DNA from: Parasynechococcus marenigrum WH 8102
GTDB lineage: Bacteria > Cyanobacteriota > Cyanobacteriia > PCC-6307 > Cyanobiaceae
Assembly: GCF_000195975.1 (NCBI RefSeq)
Contig: NC_005070.1
Span: forward strand, 1,110,001-1,142,000
Direction: 5' to 3'
Length of the DNA stretch: 32,000 nucleotides
Positions 1-10,401 of the stretch are shown in pieces. How positions within the stretch are numbered: the stretch's first letter is position 1; each line of letters opens with the position of its first letter. Position numbers and translations under genes: made by a program. The notes beneath the pieces are model-generated. The model ran no database searches. It was not told where the DNA came from and worked only from the letters and a program-made list of their open reading frames with translations.

Positions 1-2
1 GG

Positions 3-701
3 CGCATGAGCCGCCTTCTGCTTCAGCATCTGCAAGCGAAAGGAGCCTCCGGGGTGGTGTTGCTCAACCGCACTGTTCAACGTGCTGAGTTGCTGGCGGC
101 GGACTTCCCAGACCTACCCGTGCAGTGTCGCCCCCTCACAGACCTCGACCAGTGTCTGAGCACTTGTTCTCTGGTGTTCACCAGCACGGCTGCAGACGAT
201 CCGATCATCGATGCAGCGAGGCTTGAACCTCTTAATCGACGCAGCAAACTGCGTCTGATCGACATCGGTGTGCCGCGCAACATTGCTGCCGATGCTGCCG
301 CTGTGGACGGCGTGGAATCCCACGATGTGGATGATCTTCAGGAGGTTGTGGCCCGCAACCAGGAGGCTCGTCAGGCCATGGCCCGCGAAGCCGAGCAGCT
401 CCTGCAGCAGGAGGCTCAGCAGTTTCTGGAATGGTGGGACAGCCTCGAAGCCGTTCCCACCATCAACCGCCTGCGCTCGTCGATGGAGACCATCCGCGTT
501 GAGGAACTGCAGAAGGCTCTCAGCAGGATGGGACCGGACTTCTCCGCGCGGGAGCGCAAGGTGGTCGAAGCCCTCAGCAAGGGCATCATCAACAAAATCC
601 TGCATACCCCGGTCACCTCGCTGCGTGCACCTCAAGGCAGACAGGAGCGTCAGCAGGCCCTGCGCACGGTTGAGCGGTTGTTTTCACTGGGGGATGACTG
701 A
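3..701 (+). CDS. hemA: glutamyl-tRNA reductase, C-terminal part (5' end lies outside the window)
   Basis: The ORF is open to the window edge. NADPH-binding and dimerisation-domain sequence is typical of HemA (GASGVVLLNRT, IDIGVPRNI, NKILHTPV). Confidence 0.9.
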   Translation, partial: RMSRLLLQHLQAKGASGVVLLNRTVQRAELLAADFPDLPVQCRPLTDLDQCLSTCSLVFTSTAADDPIIDAARLEPLNRRSKLRLIDIGVPRNIAADAAAVDGVESHDVDDLQEVVARNQEARQAMAREAEQLLQQEAQQFLEWWDSLEAVPTINRLRSSMETIRVEELQKALSRMGPDFSARERKVVEALSKGIINKILHTPVTSLRAPQGRQERQQALRTVERLFSLGDD

Positions 702-820
702 GTTTCAGCAGCCAGTCCCGTCTTGATTCGCACCAATCTCGTCGGATCTGCAGGGGGGGACGTTCGAACCAGGTGAAACTCCGGTAAGTTCTTGCGGCAA
801 CACCGATCTGGGGTTACGGC

Positions 821-2116
821 ATGAAGCGGGTTTTGGCCATCATTCTCGGCGGCGGTGCCGGGACTCGTCTCTACCCGCTCACCAAGATGCGCGCCAAGCC
901 GGCCGTCCCCTTGGCCGGTAAGTATCGACTGATTGATATCCCCATCAGCAACTGCATCAACTCGAACATCAACAAGATGTACGTGATGACGCAGTTCAAC
1001 AGTGCGTCTCTCAATCGTCACCTCAGCCAGACGTTCAACCTGAGCGCATCCTTCGGTCAGGGATTCGTCGAGGTGCTTGCTGCCCAGCAGACGCCTGACA
1101 GTCCATCCTGGTTTGAAGGCACTGCCGACGCTGTGCGGAAGTACCAGTGGCTGTTCCAGGAATGGGATGTCGATGAATACCTGATCCTGTCCGGTGACCA
1201 GCTGTACCGGATGGATTACAGCCTGTTCGTTGAACATCACCGCAGCACTGGTGCTGACCTCACCGTTGCAGCCCTTCCTGTGGACCCGAAACAGGCCGAG
1301 GCGTTCGGCTTGATGCGCACGGATGGTGACGGAGACATCAAGGAGTTCCGCGAAAAGCCCAAGGGTGATTCTTTGCTTGAGATGGCGGTTGACACCAGCC
1401 GATTTGGACTCAGTGCGAATTCGGCCAAGGAGCGTCCCTACCTGGCGTCGATGGGGATTTATGTCTTCAGCAGAGACACTCTGTTCGACCTGCTCGATTC
1501 CAATCCTGGTTATAAGGACTTCGGCAAGGAAGTCATTCCTGAGGCCCTCAAGCGTGGCGACAAGCTGAAGAGCTATGTCTTTGACGATTATTGGGAAGAT
1601 ATCGGAACGATCGGAGCGTTCTACGAGGCCAACCTGGCGCTCACCCAGCAACCCACACCCCCCTTCAGCTTCTACGACGAGAAGTTCCCGATCTACACTC
1701 GTCCCCGCTATTTACCCCCGAGCAAACTGGTTGATGCTCAGATCACCAATTCGATCGTTGGCGAAGGCTCAATTTTGAAGTCATGCAGCATTCATCACTG
1801 CGTTTTGGGTGTTCGCAGTCGCATTGAAACCGATGTGGTGCTGCAAGACACCTTGGTGATGGGCGCTGACTTCTTTGAATCCAGTGATGAGCGTGCCGTG
1901 CTTCGCGAGCGTGGTGGTATTCCGGTCGGGGTGGGCCAAGGTACGACTGTGAAGCGCGCCATCCTCGATAAAAACGCTCGCATCGGATCCAACGTCACCA
2001 TCGTCAACAAGGATCACGTCGAGGAAGCTGATCGTTCCGATCAGGGCTTCTATATTCGTAATGGCATTGTTGTTGTTGTCAAGAACGCCACCATCCAGGA
2101 CGGAACTGTGATCTGA
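821..2116 (+). CDS. glgC: glucose-1-phosphate adenylyltransferase
   Basis: 431 aa, full length. N-terminal [14 protein letters not shown] and KPAVP motifs and a left-handed beta-helix C-terminus. Confidence 0.95.
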   Translation: MKRVLAIILGGGAGTRLYPLTKMRAKPAVPLAGKYRLIDIPISNCINSNINKMYVMTQFNSASLNRHLSQTFNLSASFGQGFVEVLAAQQTPDSPSWFEGTADAVRKYQWLFQEWDVDEYLILSGDQLYRMDYSLFVEHHRSTGADLTVAALPVDPKQAEAFGLMRTDGDGDIKEFREKPKGDSLLEMAVDTSRFGLSANSAKERPYLASMGIYVFSRDTLFDLLDSNPGYKDFGKEVIPEALKRGDKLKSYVFDDYWEDIGTIGAFYEANLALTQQPTPPFSFYDEKFPIYTRPRYLPPSKLVDAQITNSIVGEGSILKSCSIHHCVLGVRSRIETDVVLQDTLVMGADFFESSDERAVLRERGGIPVGVGQGTTVKRAILDKNARIGSNVTIVNKDHVEEADRSDQGFYIRNGIVVVVKNATIQDGTVI

Positions 2117-2214
2117 GGGATCCATCCCTCATTCCTGACAGAAGCTGTCGGAAATACAGCCGGATCTGGCTTTGCTGCTCACACTGACGTCAGTCGTCAG
2201 TGGTCCCAAAGGCC

Positions 2215-3633
2215 ATGTCCCAGTCGCACTTCGGTTTAATCGGTCTCGGCGTGATGGGGGAGAACCTCGTCCTCAATGCCGAGCGCAATGGGTTCTCGAG
2301 CGTTGTCTACAACCGCACCTACGCCAAGACTGAGGAGTTCCTCAACGGTCGCGGTCAAGGGCGGAACATTCAGGGGGCGACGGATCTGCAGGATTTCGTT
2401 GGCAAGCTGGAACGTCCTCGCCGGATCCTGATGATGGTCAAGGCAGGTCCAGCTGTGGATGCTGTCGTTGACCAGATCTCCCCATATCTCGAGGAAGGCG
2501 ATCTGCTAATCGATGGTGGCAACTCGGATTATCACGACACCGAGCGCCGGGTGAAGGAGCTCGAGAGCAAGAGCTTCGGCTTCATCGGCATGGGTGTGTC
2601 CGGTGGTGCTAAGGGGGCTCTGGAGGGCCCCAGCATGATGCCCGGCGGCACCAAAGCCTCCTACGACGCCATTGAGAGCCTGGTGAACAAGATGGCGGCT
2701 CAGGTGGATGACGGCCCCTGCGTCACTTACATCGGTCCCGGTGGATCTGGCCACCTTGTGAAGACCGTCCACAACGGCATTGAGTACGGCATCGAGCAGA
2801 TCCTGGCGGAGGGCTATGACCTGATGAAGCGGGTCAAGGGCATGAACGGGGAGCAGATGGCCGATGTGCTTGCCCAGTGGAATGCCACTGAGGAGCTCTC
2901 CTCCTATCTGGTGGAGATTACAGAGGTTTGCCTGCGCACGAAGGATCCTGAAGACGGCGCAGATCTCGTCGAGAAAATCATGGATCAGGCTGGCCAGAAG
3001 GGCACCGGTCTGTGGACCGTGGTCACCGCCCTGCAGATGGGTGCATCCGTTCCCACCATCTACGCATCACTCAATGGTCGGGTGATGAGTTCCCTCAAGC
3101 CTGAGCGGGTGGCAGCCGAATCCATCCTCAAAGGACCAGTCATCAAGGATTTCGACCTCGGCACCCCCGACGACGCCATGGCTCCCCTGATGGATGCCAC
3201 GGTGCTCAGCTGCATCGCCAGCTATGCCCAGGGCATGGAACTGCTGCGCATCGCCTCCCGGGATCTGGACTACAGCTTGCAGATGCCCTCCATCGCCCAG
3301 ATCTGGAAAGGCGGCTGCATCATCCGTGCCCGCCTGCTCCAGCGGATTCAGGATGCCTTCGCTGCCAATCCTGATCTGACCAACCTGATGTTGGATCCCT
3401 GGTTTGCCGATCAGATCAACCGGCGTCTGCCCGGTTTGGCCAAGGTGGTGGCCGGCGCCGCTGAATCCGGCATTCCCGTGCCCTGCTTCAGCAGCACCCT
3501 GGACTACATCAACAGCTACCGCACCGGTCGCCTTCCTCAGAACCTGGTGCAGGCCATGCGCGACTGCTTCGGGTCCCACACGTACCAGAGGGTGGACAAA
3601 GAGGGCGCCTTCCACACCGAGTGGCTCGGCTGA
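2215..3633 (+). CDS. gnd: 6-phosphogluconate dehydrogenase (decarboxylating)
   Basis: GLIGLGVMGENL Rossmann N-terminus and a conserved Gnd core. The ATG at 2215 is preferred over the GTG at 2200. Confidence 0.95.
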   Translation: MSQSHFGLIGLGVMGENLVLNAERNGFSSVVYNRTYAKTEEFLNGRGQGRNIQGATDLQDFVGKLERPRRILMMVKAGPAVDAVVDQISPYLEEGDLLIDGGNSDYHDTERRVKELESKSFGFIGMGVSGGAKGALEGPSMMPGGTKASYDAIESLVNKMAAQVDDGPCVTYIGPGGSGHLVKTVHNGIEYGIEQILAEGYDLMKRVKGMNGEQMADVLAQWNATEELSSYLVEITEVCLRTKDPEDGADLVEKIMDQAGQKGTGLWTVVTALQMGASVPTIYASLNGRVMSSLKPERVAAESILKGPVIKDFDLGTPDDAMAPLMDATVLSCIASYAQGMELLRIASRDLDYSLQMPSIAQIWKGGCIIRARLLQRIQDAFAANPDLTNLMLDPWFADQINRRLPGLAKVVAGAAESGIPVPCFSSTLDYINSYRTGRLPQNLVQAMRDCFGSHTYQRVDKEGAFHTEWLG

Positions 3634-3644
3634 GCGCAACGCTG

Positions 3645-4358
3645 ATGACCTACTACCGCATCGAGCGGGCAAGTGATGCTGAGTCGCTTGCCCGCATGGC
3701 ATCGGACACCATTGCAGCCCAGATCAGCCTGGTGCTTGATCAAAGCGATTGCTGCAGCATCGCACTCTCCGGTGGCAGTACCCCTGCCAGGGCCTATTCC
3801 TTTCTTGGTCAGGACCATCTTCCCTGGGACCGTGTCGATGTGTTCCTCGGTGATGAACGCTGGGTCGCTGCCGATGATGACTCCAGCAATGCCCGAATGC
3901 TGCGTCGCACCCTGCTGGCGGATGGGCCTGGACGAGCCGCCCGTTTCCACGCCGTTCCCACCGTGGAGTTGGCGGATGCCGAGTCCAGCGCAGCGGCTTT
4001 TGGCGACCTTGTTGCTCAACACTGTCCCGGGGAGCCGCCAGTGTTTGATCTGATGCTGCTCGGACTTGGCGATGATGGTCACACCGCCTCGCTGTTTCCG
4101 GGAACCGAAGCACCAACGATCACGGATCGCTGGGCGACAGTTGGCCGGGGGAAGGGTTTGGACCGCATCACACTCACGGCGCCGGTGCTGAGTGCTGCCC
4201 GGCAGGTGATCTTTCTGGTAAGTGGAGCGGGCAAGCAGGAGGCCCTGAGGCGGCTGGTGGATCCCTCTGAATCCTCCGAACGCACCCCCGCCCGCCTGGT
4301 GCAGCCTGCTAGTGATGTTCTGATCCTTGCCGATCAGGATGCAACCGCCAGCCTCTGA
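3645..4358 (+). CDS. pgl: 6-phosphogluconolactonase
   Basis: SIALSGGSTP and LLGLGDDGHTASLFP motifs of the Pgl/DevB family. It lies directly downstream of gnd. The ATG at 3645 is in frame with the ORF that opens at 3621. Confidence 0.85.
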   Translation: MTYYRIERASDAESLARMASDTIAAQISLVLDQSDCCSIALSGGSTPARAYSFLGQDHLPWDRVDVFLGDERWVAADDDSSNARMLRRTLLADGPGRAARFHAVPTVELADAESSAAAFGDLVAQHCPGEPPVFDLMLLGLGDDGHTASLFPGTEAPTITDRWATVGRGKGLDRITLTAPVLSAARQVIFLVSGAGKQEALRRLVDPSESSERTPARLVQPASDVLILADQDATASL

Positions 4359-4899
4359 GCAGATCATCGTCCAGGGCAGCGGTTTCGCTGACTGGACCAG
4401 TCTCAACGACACGATCATGGGGGGAAGCAGCCGTGCCGGCTGCCGCGTCACCCCAGAGGGCCTGTTGTTGGAGGGGGAGTTGATCGAGGCCGGTGGTGGC
4501 TTCGTCAGCTGCCGATCACCGCGTTTGCAGCCCCCTCTGGATCTCTCACCGTTTTCTGCTCTGCAGCTGGAGGTGGAGGGGGAGGGTCGAACGCTCAAGA
4601 TCGCTCTGGGCTGCCGTGATGGTGCCCTTGGGCTCACCGAATTGATTCCCGGAGGTCTGCGCTGGGTGATCGATGTGCCCACCCAGGCTGAGGGAGTCAC
4701 CCGTGTGCGCATTCCCTTTGCGGATCTGCGCCCCACTGTCCGCGCCAAGCCCGTCGGATTACCGCTGCGGTTTGATTCGGTAGGAGTCACCCGGATTCAG
4801 GTGCTGCACTCCAAATTTGGTGATGCCGGCGAACTCAATCCGGGATTTCGAGCCGGCATGATCCGCCTGCTGATCCGCTCGATCCGAGCCCTGCCCTGA
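4339..4899 (+). CDS. CIA30 (complex I intermediate-associated protein 30) domain protein
   Basis: The N-terminal W..LNDTIMGGSS motif is typical of CIA30-domain proteins. The ATG at 4339 overlaps the pgl 3' end by 20 nt. Confidence 0.7.
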   Translation: MQPPASEQIIVQGSGFADWTSLNDTIMGGSSRAGCRVTPEGLLLEGELIEAGGGFVSCRSPRLQPPLDLSPFSALQLEVEGEGRTLKIALGCRDGALGLTELIPGGLRWVIDVPTQAEGVTRVRIPFADLRPTVRAKPVGLPLRFDSVGVTRIQVLHSKFGDAGELNPGFRAGMIRLLIRSIRALP

Positions 4900-4903
4900 G
4901 TTC

Positions 4904-5269
4904 ATGGATCTGTTGGTTCTCATTGCCAAGGCGGCGGATGTCTGCCGCAAACCCTTGAGTCATGCGGTGGTGTCGATCGATCCCTCAGCGCCGTCGCAGC
5001 TGGATGACCTCAATGTGCGCATCGAGTGCCGCGACGTCGACGGCATCCGTCACCCCCAGCACGACCTAGATCTGGAGATCTATCGCAGCGGGCGGGAGAT
5101 CAACCTGATGCTCAGCTGGTCAGATCAGCCTGAACGGCCGATGCTCTGGCATGGCCGTCATCCCGTCTGGATGGATGGATCCTTAGGCCAACGCACTGCA
5201 GCACCTGAGGATGCTGCGCCGCTGGAGGCACTGGGACGGCGGCTGCGGTCCCTTTTGCATCACGACTGA
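4904..5269 (+). CDS. hypothetical protein
   Basis: 121-aa ORF that starts 5 nt after the CIA30 stop, with core-like codon usage. No motif recognised. Confidence 0.55.
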   Translation: MDLLVLIAKAADVCRKPLSHAVVSIDPSAPSQLDDLNVRIECRDVDGIRHPQHDLDLEIYRSGREINLMLSWSDQPERPMLWHGRHPVWMDGSLGQRTAAPEDAAPLEALGRRLRSLLHHD

Positions 5270-5270
5270 C

Positions 5271-6944
5271 TCAGTCGGGCTGGTCGGTGACCGCTCCACG
5301 GCTTGAACTGGACACCAGACGGGCGTACTTGCCCAGAATCCCAGTGCGATAACGGGGTTCCGGCTTGCTCCAGGCTGCCCGGCGTCGCGTGAGTTCCGCC
5401 TCATCCACGTTGAGTTGCAGCAGCAACTGGTCGGCATCCACGGTGATGCTGTCGCCTCCCTGCACCAGGCCGATGGTTCCGCCGACAGCGGCTTCGGGGG
5501 CAACGTGACCGACCACCAGGCCATAGGTGCCGCCGCTGAAGCGGCCATCGGTGATCAGAGCCACCCTGTCTCCCAGGCCTTGCCCGACGATGGCGGAGGT
5601 AGGGGCCAGCATTTCGCGCATGCCCGGACCTCCCACGGGCCCCTCATTGCGCACCACCACCACATCGCCGGCCTTGATCCGTTGATCCAGGATGGCGGCG
5701 AGGCAGTCTTCCTCGCTCTCAAATACCCGGGCGGGGCCGGTGAGCACTGGTGTCTTGACGCCGCTGATCTTGGCCACACTGCCCTCACTGGCCAGGTTGC
5801 CCTTGAGGATGGCCAGGTGGCCTTTGCCGTAAAGGGGATTGCTCAGTGGACGGATCACGTCTTGATCGGCCGGTGGCACGGAGGGCACATCCGCCAGCAC
5901 CTCACGCAGGCTTTTGCCCTCAACGGTGCGGCAATCGCCATGCAGCAGCCCGGCATCGAGCAGCAGTCTCATCACCTGGGGGATACCGCCAGCGTTGTGG
6001 AGATCCACCGTCACGTAGCGGCCGCTCGGCTTGAGGTCACAGATCACCGGCACGCGCTGACGGATCCGCTCGAAGTCGTCGATGCTGAGGGAGACCCCAG
6101 CCGTACGGGCGATCGCCAGCAGGTGCAGCACGGCGTTGGTGGATCCACCCACCGCCATGATCACGCTGATGGCGTTCTCGAATGCATCGTTGGTGAGCAG
6201 ATCCAAGGGTCGAATGTTGGCCTTCACCGCGTCCAACAACACCTCTGCTGAACGAGCGGCATTGTCGGCCTTCTCTTCGTCTTCTGCCGCCATCGTTGAG
6301 CTGTAGGGCAGGCTCAACCCCATCGTTTCGATGGCTGCACTCATCGTGTTGGCGGTGAACATGCCGCCGCAGCTGCCGGCTCCTGGGCAAGCGTTCTTTT
6401 CGACAGCGGTGAGCTGGTCTTCGTCGATGTTGCCGCTGGTGAGCTGACCAACTGCCTCAAAGGCGCTGACCACGGTGAGATCACAGCCGCCGAGTTTCCC
6501 CGGCTTGATCGTGCCGCCGTAAACGAACACAGCCGGAATGTTCATCCGCGCCATGGCCAACATGGCGCCGGGCATGTTCTTGTCGCAGCCGCCCACCGCC
6601 AGCACGCCATCCATGCTCTGGCCATTGCAGGCGGTTTCAATCGCATCGGCGATCACCTCACGGCTTACCAGGGAGTACTTCATCCCTTCGGTGCCCATGG
6701 AGATGCCATCACTCACCGTGATGGTTCCGAACATCTGTGGCATGCCGCCGGCCTGACGGGCAGCCTCTTCAGCGCGCCGGGACAGGTCGTTCAACCCGAC
6801 ATTGCAGGGTGTGATCGTGCTGTAGCCGTTGGCGATCCCGAGAATCGGCTTGCCGAAGTCCTCATCTCCGAATCCCACCGCACGGAGCATGGCGCGGTTG
6901 GGGGAACGCTGGATCCCCTTTGTGACGGCGTCGGAACGAAGCAT
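5271..6944 (-). CDS. ilvD: dihydroxy-acid dehydratase
   Basis: 557 aa. GGCDKNMPG, the Fe-S ligand region and the C-terminal [12 protein letters not shown] motif. Confidence 0.95.
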   Translation of the reverse strand: MLRSDAVTKGIQRSPNRAMLRAVGFGDEDFGKPILGIANGYSTITPCNVGLNDLSRRAEEAARQAGGMPQMFGTITVSDGISMGTEGMKYSLVSREVIADAIETACNGQSMDGVLAVGGCDKNMPGAMLAMARMNIPAVFVYGGTIKPGKLGGCDLTVVSAFEAVGQLTSGNIDEDQLTAVEKNACPGAGSCGGMFTANTMSAAIETMGLSLPYSSTMAAEDEEKADNAARSAEVLLDAVKANIRPLDLLTNDAFENAISVIMAVGGSTNAVLHLLAIARTAGVSLSIDDFERIRQRVPVICDLKPSGRYVTVDLHNAGGIPQVMRLLLDAGLLHGDCRTVEGKSLREVLADVPSVPPADQDVIRPLSNPLYGKGHLAILKGNLASEGSVAKISGVKTPVLTGPARVFESEEDCLAAILDQRIKAGDVVVVRNEGPVGGPGMREMLAPTSAIVGQGLGDRVALITDGRFSGGTYGLVVGHVAPEAAVGGTIGLVQGGDSITVDADQLLLQLNVDEAELTRRRAAWSKPEPRYRTGILGKYARLVSSSSRGAVTDQPD

Positions 6945-6991
6945 GGGCCGGAGCTCTGGACCTGTGACGATCCGGCCAACCTACCGAGCGC

Positions 6992-7270
6992 TCAGTCCTC
7001 CGATCCCAGGCGTTCCAGCTGGGCACGTACCCGGGCGATCTCTGCGTTGAGCTTCTCAACCCGCTGTTCCAGCAGTCTGTTTTCATCAGGCTCGAGCACC
7101 TCGGAGCCGTCCTGCATCCGCGGGGCATGCAGCATCGACCGCTGCCGACTGATCCGGCTGCGTCGTTCCGCTTCATTCAACAGCCACCAGGCCAATCCGG
7201 CGGCTCCGATCACGGCGCCTGCCACCAGGGTGGTGAGGGTGCCTGAGCCGGTCTCGTGCTGATGTCCCAT
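6992..7270 (-). CDS. small membrane-anchored coiled-coil protein (hypothetical)
   Basis: 92 aa. One predicted TM helix (LTTLVAGAVIGAAGLAWWLL) followed by a heptad-like C-terminus. Confidence 0.55.
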   Translation of the reverse strand: MGHQHETGSGTLTTLVAGAVIGAAGLAWWLLNEAERRSRISRQRSMLHAPRMQDGSEVLEPDENRLLEQRVEKLNAEIARVRAQLERLGSED

Positions 7271-7294
7271 TCACTCAACCTCCTGCATTGAAAT

Positions 7295-7912
7295 CTAGTC
7301 GCGGCCTGCGGACCTGAACCGCAGCCGTTGCACTGGATCACCGATGCCGGGAACGATGGCTCCGTCAGTGTTCAGGCTTTCATCGATGCAGGCGGTGTGC
7401 AGCGTCAGATCCGGGACGGCCTCCCCCAGCAGCTTCAGACCAGGGCTGGCGCAAAGCGCCGTGATCAGACGGATCCGCCGCCCGTCTACCCCCTGCTTCT
7501 GCAGCTCTTGCATGGCCTTCAGCAGACCCTCTCCATCACTGATCTGGTCGACGAACAGAATCACGCCGGTGTTGGCCGCGATGTCGTTCGGGACGCCATC
7601 AAGACAGAGAGCGGCATCAGGAAGCACATGGCGACCTCCCTGCCAAAGTTCCAGGCCTGCGGGCAGGATCGGCAGGGCCAGCAGAGGGATGCCCGCTTCC
7701 ACCACCGTGGACTCAGCCTCACCTTGTTCCGTTGGGATGCGTTCCTGGCGATGCGGCAACCAGTCCCTCAGGGCTTCGTAGGTGAGCCAGCGGCCCAGTT
7801 CCTGCATGGCCGTTGCGTAGAGGGCTGACGGTGTCTCCCGATGGCGGAGCATCGCCAGCCAGTGGCCGATCAAAGGATGAGGTGGCACCACCACCCGCAG
7901 ACTCATGGCCAT
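7295..7912 (-). CDS. upp: uracil phosphoribosyltransferase family protein
   Basis: The N-terminus (V.PPHPLIGHWL..LR...TP) is Upp-like. The PRPP-loop region is divergent. Confidence 0.8.
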   Translation of the reverse strand: MAMSLRVVVPPHPLIGHWLAMLRHRETPSALYATAMQELGRWLTYEALRDWLPHRQERIPTEQGEAESTVVEAGIPLLALPILPAGLELWQGGRHVLPDAALCLDGVPNDIAANTGVILFVDQISDGEGLLKAMQELQKQGVDGRRIRLITALCASPGLKLLGEAVPDLTLHTACIDESLNTDGAIVPGIGDPVQRLRFRSAGRD

Positions 7913-7967
7913 CTCGCGTCGCTCCGCCGGCAGTTGCCATAACGTGAGCGCTCAAATTACTGGTCCC

Positions 7968-8477
7968 ATGCGCGCCCTTCTCCGTCCTGTCTCCCTGGTG
8001 GCGGCGATCCTGGTGGTGGTCAGCACCTTGCTTTGGACCAACTCTGCCCAGGCGATCACGGCCCCTGAACTGCGGGGACAGCGTGCGGTGCAGGAAATCA
8101 CGGCTGACATGCACGGCCTTGATCTCAAGGAGAAAGAGTTCCTCAAGGCTGATCTACGTGAGGTCAACCTCAGCGATACCGATCTACGTGGGGCCGTGAT
8201 CAACACTTCCCAGCTTCAGGGTGCGGATCTGCGTGGTGCCGACCTGTCCAACGTGGTGGGGTTTGCCAGTCGATTCGACGGTGCTGACCTAAGAGGTGCA
8301 ACGTTCACCAACGCGATGCTGATGCAGAGCCGCTTCGCCGATGCCCGCATTGAGGGTGCTGACTTCACCGATGCGGTCTTGGATCTCCCCCAGCAGAAGT
8401 TGCTTTGCGCAACGGCCGCCGGGGAGCACCCCGTGAGTGGTGTATCGACCCGTGAGAGCCTGGGCTGTCGCCCCTGA
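7968..8477 (+). CDS. pentapeptide-repeat protein with signal peptide (lumenal type)
   Basis: Signal-like N-terminus ending in SAQA, then runs of A(D/N)LxX pentapeptides (ADLREVNLSDTDLRGAVI...). The ATG at 7968 is preferred over 7905. Confidence 0.85.
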   Translation: MRALLRPVSLVAAILVVVSTLLWTNSAQAITAPELRGQRAVQEITADMHGLDLKEKEFLKADLREVNLSDTDLRGAVINTSQLQGADLRGADLSNVVGFASRFDGADLRGATFTNAMLMQSRFADARIEGADFTDAVLDLPQQKLLCATAAGEHPVSGVSTRESLGCRP

Positions 8478-8482
8478 GTTCC

Positions 8483-9619
8483 ATGAGTCGACGTCTACCG
8501 GTCACCGTGATCACCGGTTTCCTTGGTGCCGGTAAAACAACCGTTCTGCGCCATCTGCTCACGCGCAGTGGTCAGCGTCTGGCCGTGATGGTCAATGAAT
8601 TCGGCAGTGTCGGACTGGATGGGGATCTGATTCGCAGTTGCGGTTTCTGCCCCGACGATGAGGTAGACGGCCGTCTCGTGGAGCTCAACAACGGCTGCCT
8701 GTGTTGCACGGTGCAGGACGACTTCCTTCCGACGATGGAACAGCTGCTGGAGCGGGCGGATCAGCTGGATGGAATCGTTGTGGAGACCAGTGGTCTGGCG
8801 TTGCCGCGTCCGTTGCTGCAGGCCCTGGACTGGCCGGCCATTCGCAGCCGTGTGCACGTGAACGGTGTAGTGACTCTGGTGGACGGTGAAGCCCTGGCCA
8901 CAGGTAGCCCCGTTGCGGATCGGGAGGCACTGGAGCAGCAGCGTCGGGATGATCCCAGCCTTGATCACATCACTGCGATCGATGAGTTGTTCCGTGATCA
9001 GCTTCAGGCCGCGGATCTCGTTCTGCTCAGCCGTGCCGATCGGCTGTCGCCATCGCAGCTGGATGCGCTGCAAACCAACCTGAAAGAAAAGACCAGGCCG
9101 GGCACGGCACTACTCCCAGTGGCCCATGGCGCCGTGGACACCTCGGTGGTGCTCGGTTTGGAGCATCACGCCGGCGAGCCAACCGACCATCACAACCACG
9201 ACGACCACCACCACTACGACCACGACCATCACGGCCATGACCATGACCACGATCATCACGATCACAGCCATGTCGCGATGGTGAGTGGCGGTCTTCGTCT
9301 GGAGGGGGAATTTGATCGGGCTGCTCTCGAACAACTGCTGCCCCGAGTGGTGAGTGAGTTTCAGGTGCTGCGGCTGAAAGGACGCGTCTGGCTGCCGGGC
9401 AAGACCCTGCCTTTGCAGCTGCAGATGGTGGGCCCACGGCTCAACAGCTGGTTCGAGGCTGCTCCGACTGCAGCTTGGCGACCCGGCAGTGGAGCGGGCG
9501 TGGATCTGGTGGTGCTGTCTCTGCAGGAGTCAGCCACCGCAACGATCGAGCAGGCGCTTCAGACGCTGCAGGCCACCCCGGCCACCGCCAGCACCGCAGC
9601 CAGGACCCCACGGGGCTGA
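8483..9619 (+). CDS. COG0523/CobW-family metallochaperone GTPase with a His/Asp-rich insert
   Basis: P-loop GFLGAGKTT, CxCC motif (NGCLCCT) and a 30-residue HHNHDDHHHYDHDHHGHDHDHDHHDHSH tract. Confidence 0.85.
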   Translation: MSRRLPVTVITGFLGAGKTTVLRHLLTRSGQRLAVMVNEFGSVGLDGDLIRSCGFCPDDEVDGRLVELNNGCLCCTVQDDFLPTMEQLLERADQLDGIVVETSGLALPRPLLQALDWPAIRSRVHVNGVVTLVDGEALATGSPVADREALEQQRRDDPSLDHITAIDELFRDQLQAADLVLLSRADRLSPSQLDALQTNLKEKTRPGTALLPVAHGAVDTSVVLGLEHHAGEPTDHHNHDDHHHYDHDHHGHDHDHDHHDHSHVAMVSGGLRLEGEFDRAALEQLLPRVVSEFQVLRLKGRVWLPGKTLPLQLQMVGPRLNSWFEAAPTAAWRPGSGAGVDLVVLSLQESATATIEQALQTLQATPATASTAARTPRG

Positions 9620-10401
9620 ATTGGATCCCCTTCGAATCGGCCTGCGATTAGTGCCATCACTGGCGCCGTGCTCATCAGCGTGACGCCAGGGCCGACGGGC
9701 ATGGTTTGAAATACCAATTGCTGCAGGGCGATGCCCAGATTGGTGCCCAGGCCGGTGGCCAGCACAATCCGCAGCGTTAGACCGGATCGAATGCTGAGGT
9801 GCGACCCTCTGGCACGAACGAGTGGCAACAGAGCCAGCCAACCCCCCAGCAGCCTGACCGCAGCGGTCTGGAGCGGCGTCAGGTCGCTGCTGATCAGCAC
9901 CTGTCTCGCCAGAAAGGCGCCACTCAGGCCGCAGAGCACCGCCATCAGACCCAAGGCAAGGCCCTGACGATCCCTGTGCAGCGGCACGTCGCTGTCCGCC
10001 ACAAGCACCACGGCTCCCGCCACCAACAGAGCACCCACCCAGGCCCTTGCGCCGAGTCGCTCCCCCATCAGCATCACGCTGCCGAGGCTGGCCAACACCG
10101 GACCCACCGCTTCCAGCGTGAGGGTTCGGCGGGTACCCAGCCTTCGCAGGGCGGCGAGATAGAAGCTGTCACCGGCGGCGATGCCCACGCCGCCGCTGAG
10201 CAACAACATGGCGATGGCTGCAGCGTTGTCCTGCCATGGCAGCAGCGCCAGCACAGGCAGGAACAACAGAGTCGCCAGTCCGTTTTTCAGGGCATTGAGC
10301 TGCAGGGCGGAACCCTGATCCGACAACGACCGCCACATGCCGCTGGCGGTTGTCCAGGCCAGGGCTGCAGCGAGTGCAGCCATCACGCCGATCATTGGCA
10401 T
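9559..10401 (-). CDS. EamA/DMT-family transporter
   Basis: 280 aa, about 10 hydrophobic helices, Gly/Ala/Leu-rich two-fold repeat. Its start abuts the stop of the upstream SDR gene. Confidence 0.75.
   Translation of the reverse strand: MPMIGVMAALAAALAWTTASGMWRSLSDQGSALQLNALKNGLATLLFLPVLALLPWQDNAAAIAMLLLSGGVGIAAGDSFYLAALRRLGTRRTLTLEAVGPVLASLGSVMLMGERLGARAWVGALLVAGAVVLVADSDVPLHRDRQGLALGLMAVLCGLSGAFLARQVLISSDLTPLQTAAVRLLGGWLALLPLVRARGSHLSIRSGLTLRIVLATGLGTNLGIALQQLVFQTMPVGPGVTLMSTAPVMALIAGRFEGDPIQPRGVLAAVLAVAGVACSV

Noticed and set aside
650-1651. 333-aa minus-strand ORF.
   Set aside because: It lies entirely antisense to the well-supported glgC gene. Its composition is the Arg/Leu/Val-rich type produced by high-GC antisense frames, and no motif was seen.
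3537-4790. 417-aa minus-strand ORF spanning gnd, pgl and the CIA30 gene.
   Set aside because: It is antisense to three recognisable genes and extremely Arg/Pro/Ser/Gly-rich, a typical GC-frame artefact.
5415-6251. 278-aa plus-strand ORF inside ilvD.
   Set aside because: It is antisense to ilvD, His/Gly/Ala/Asp-rich low complexity, with no start context.
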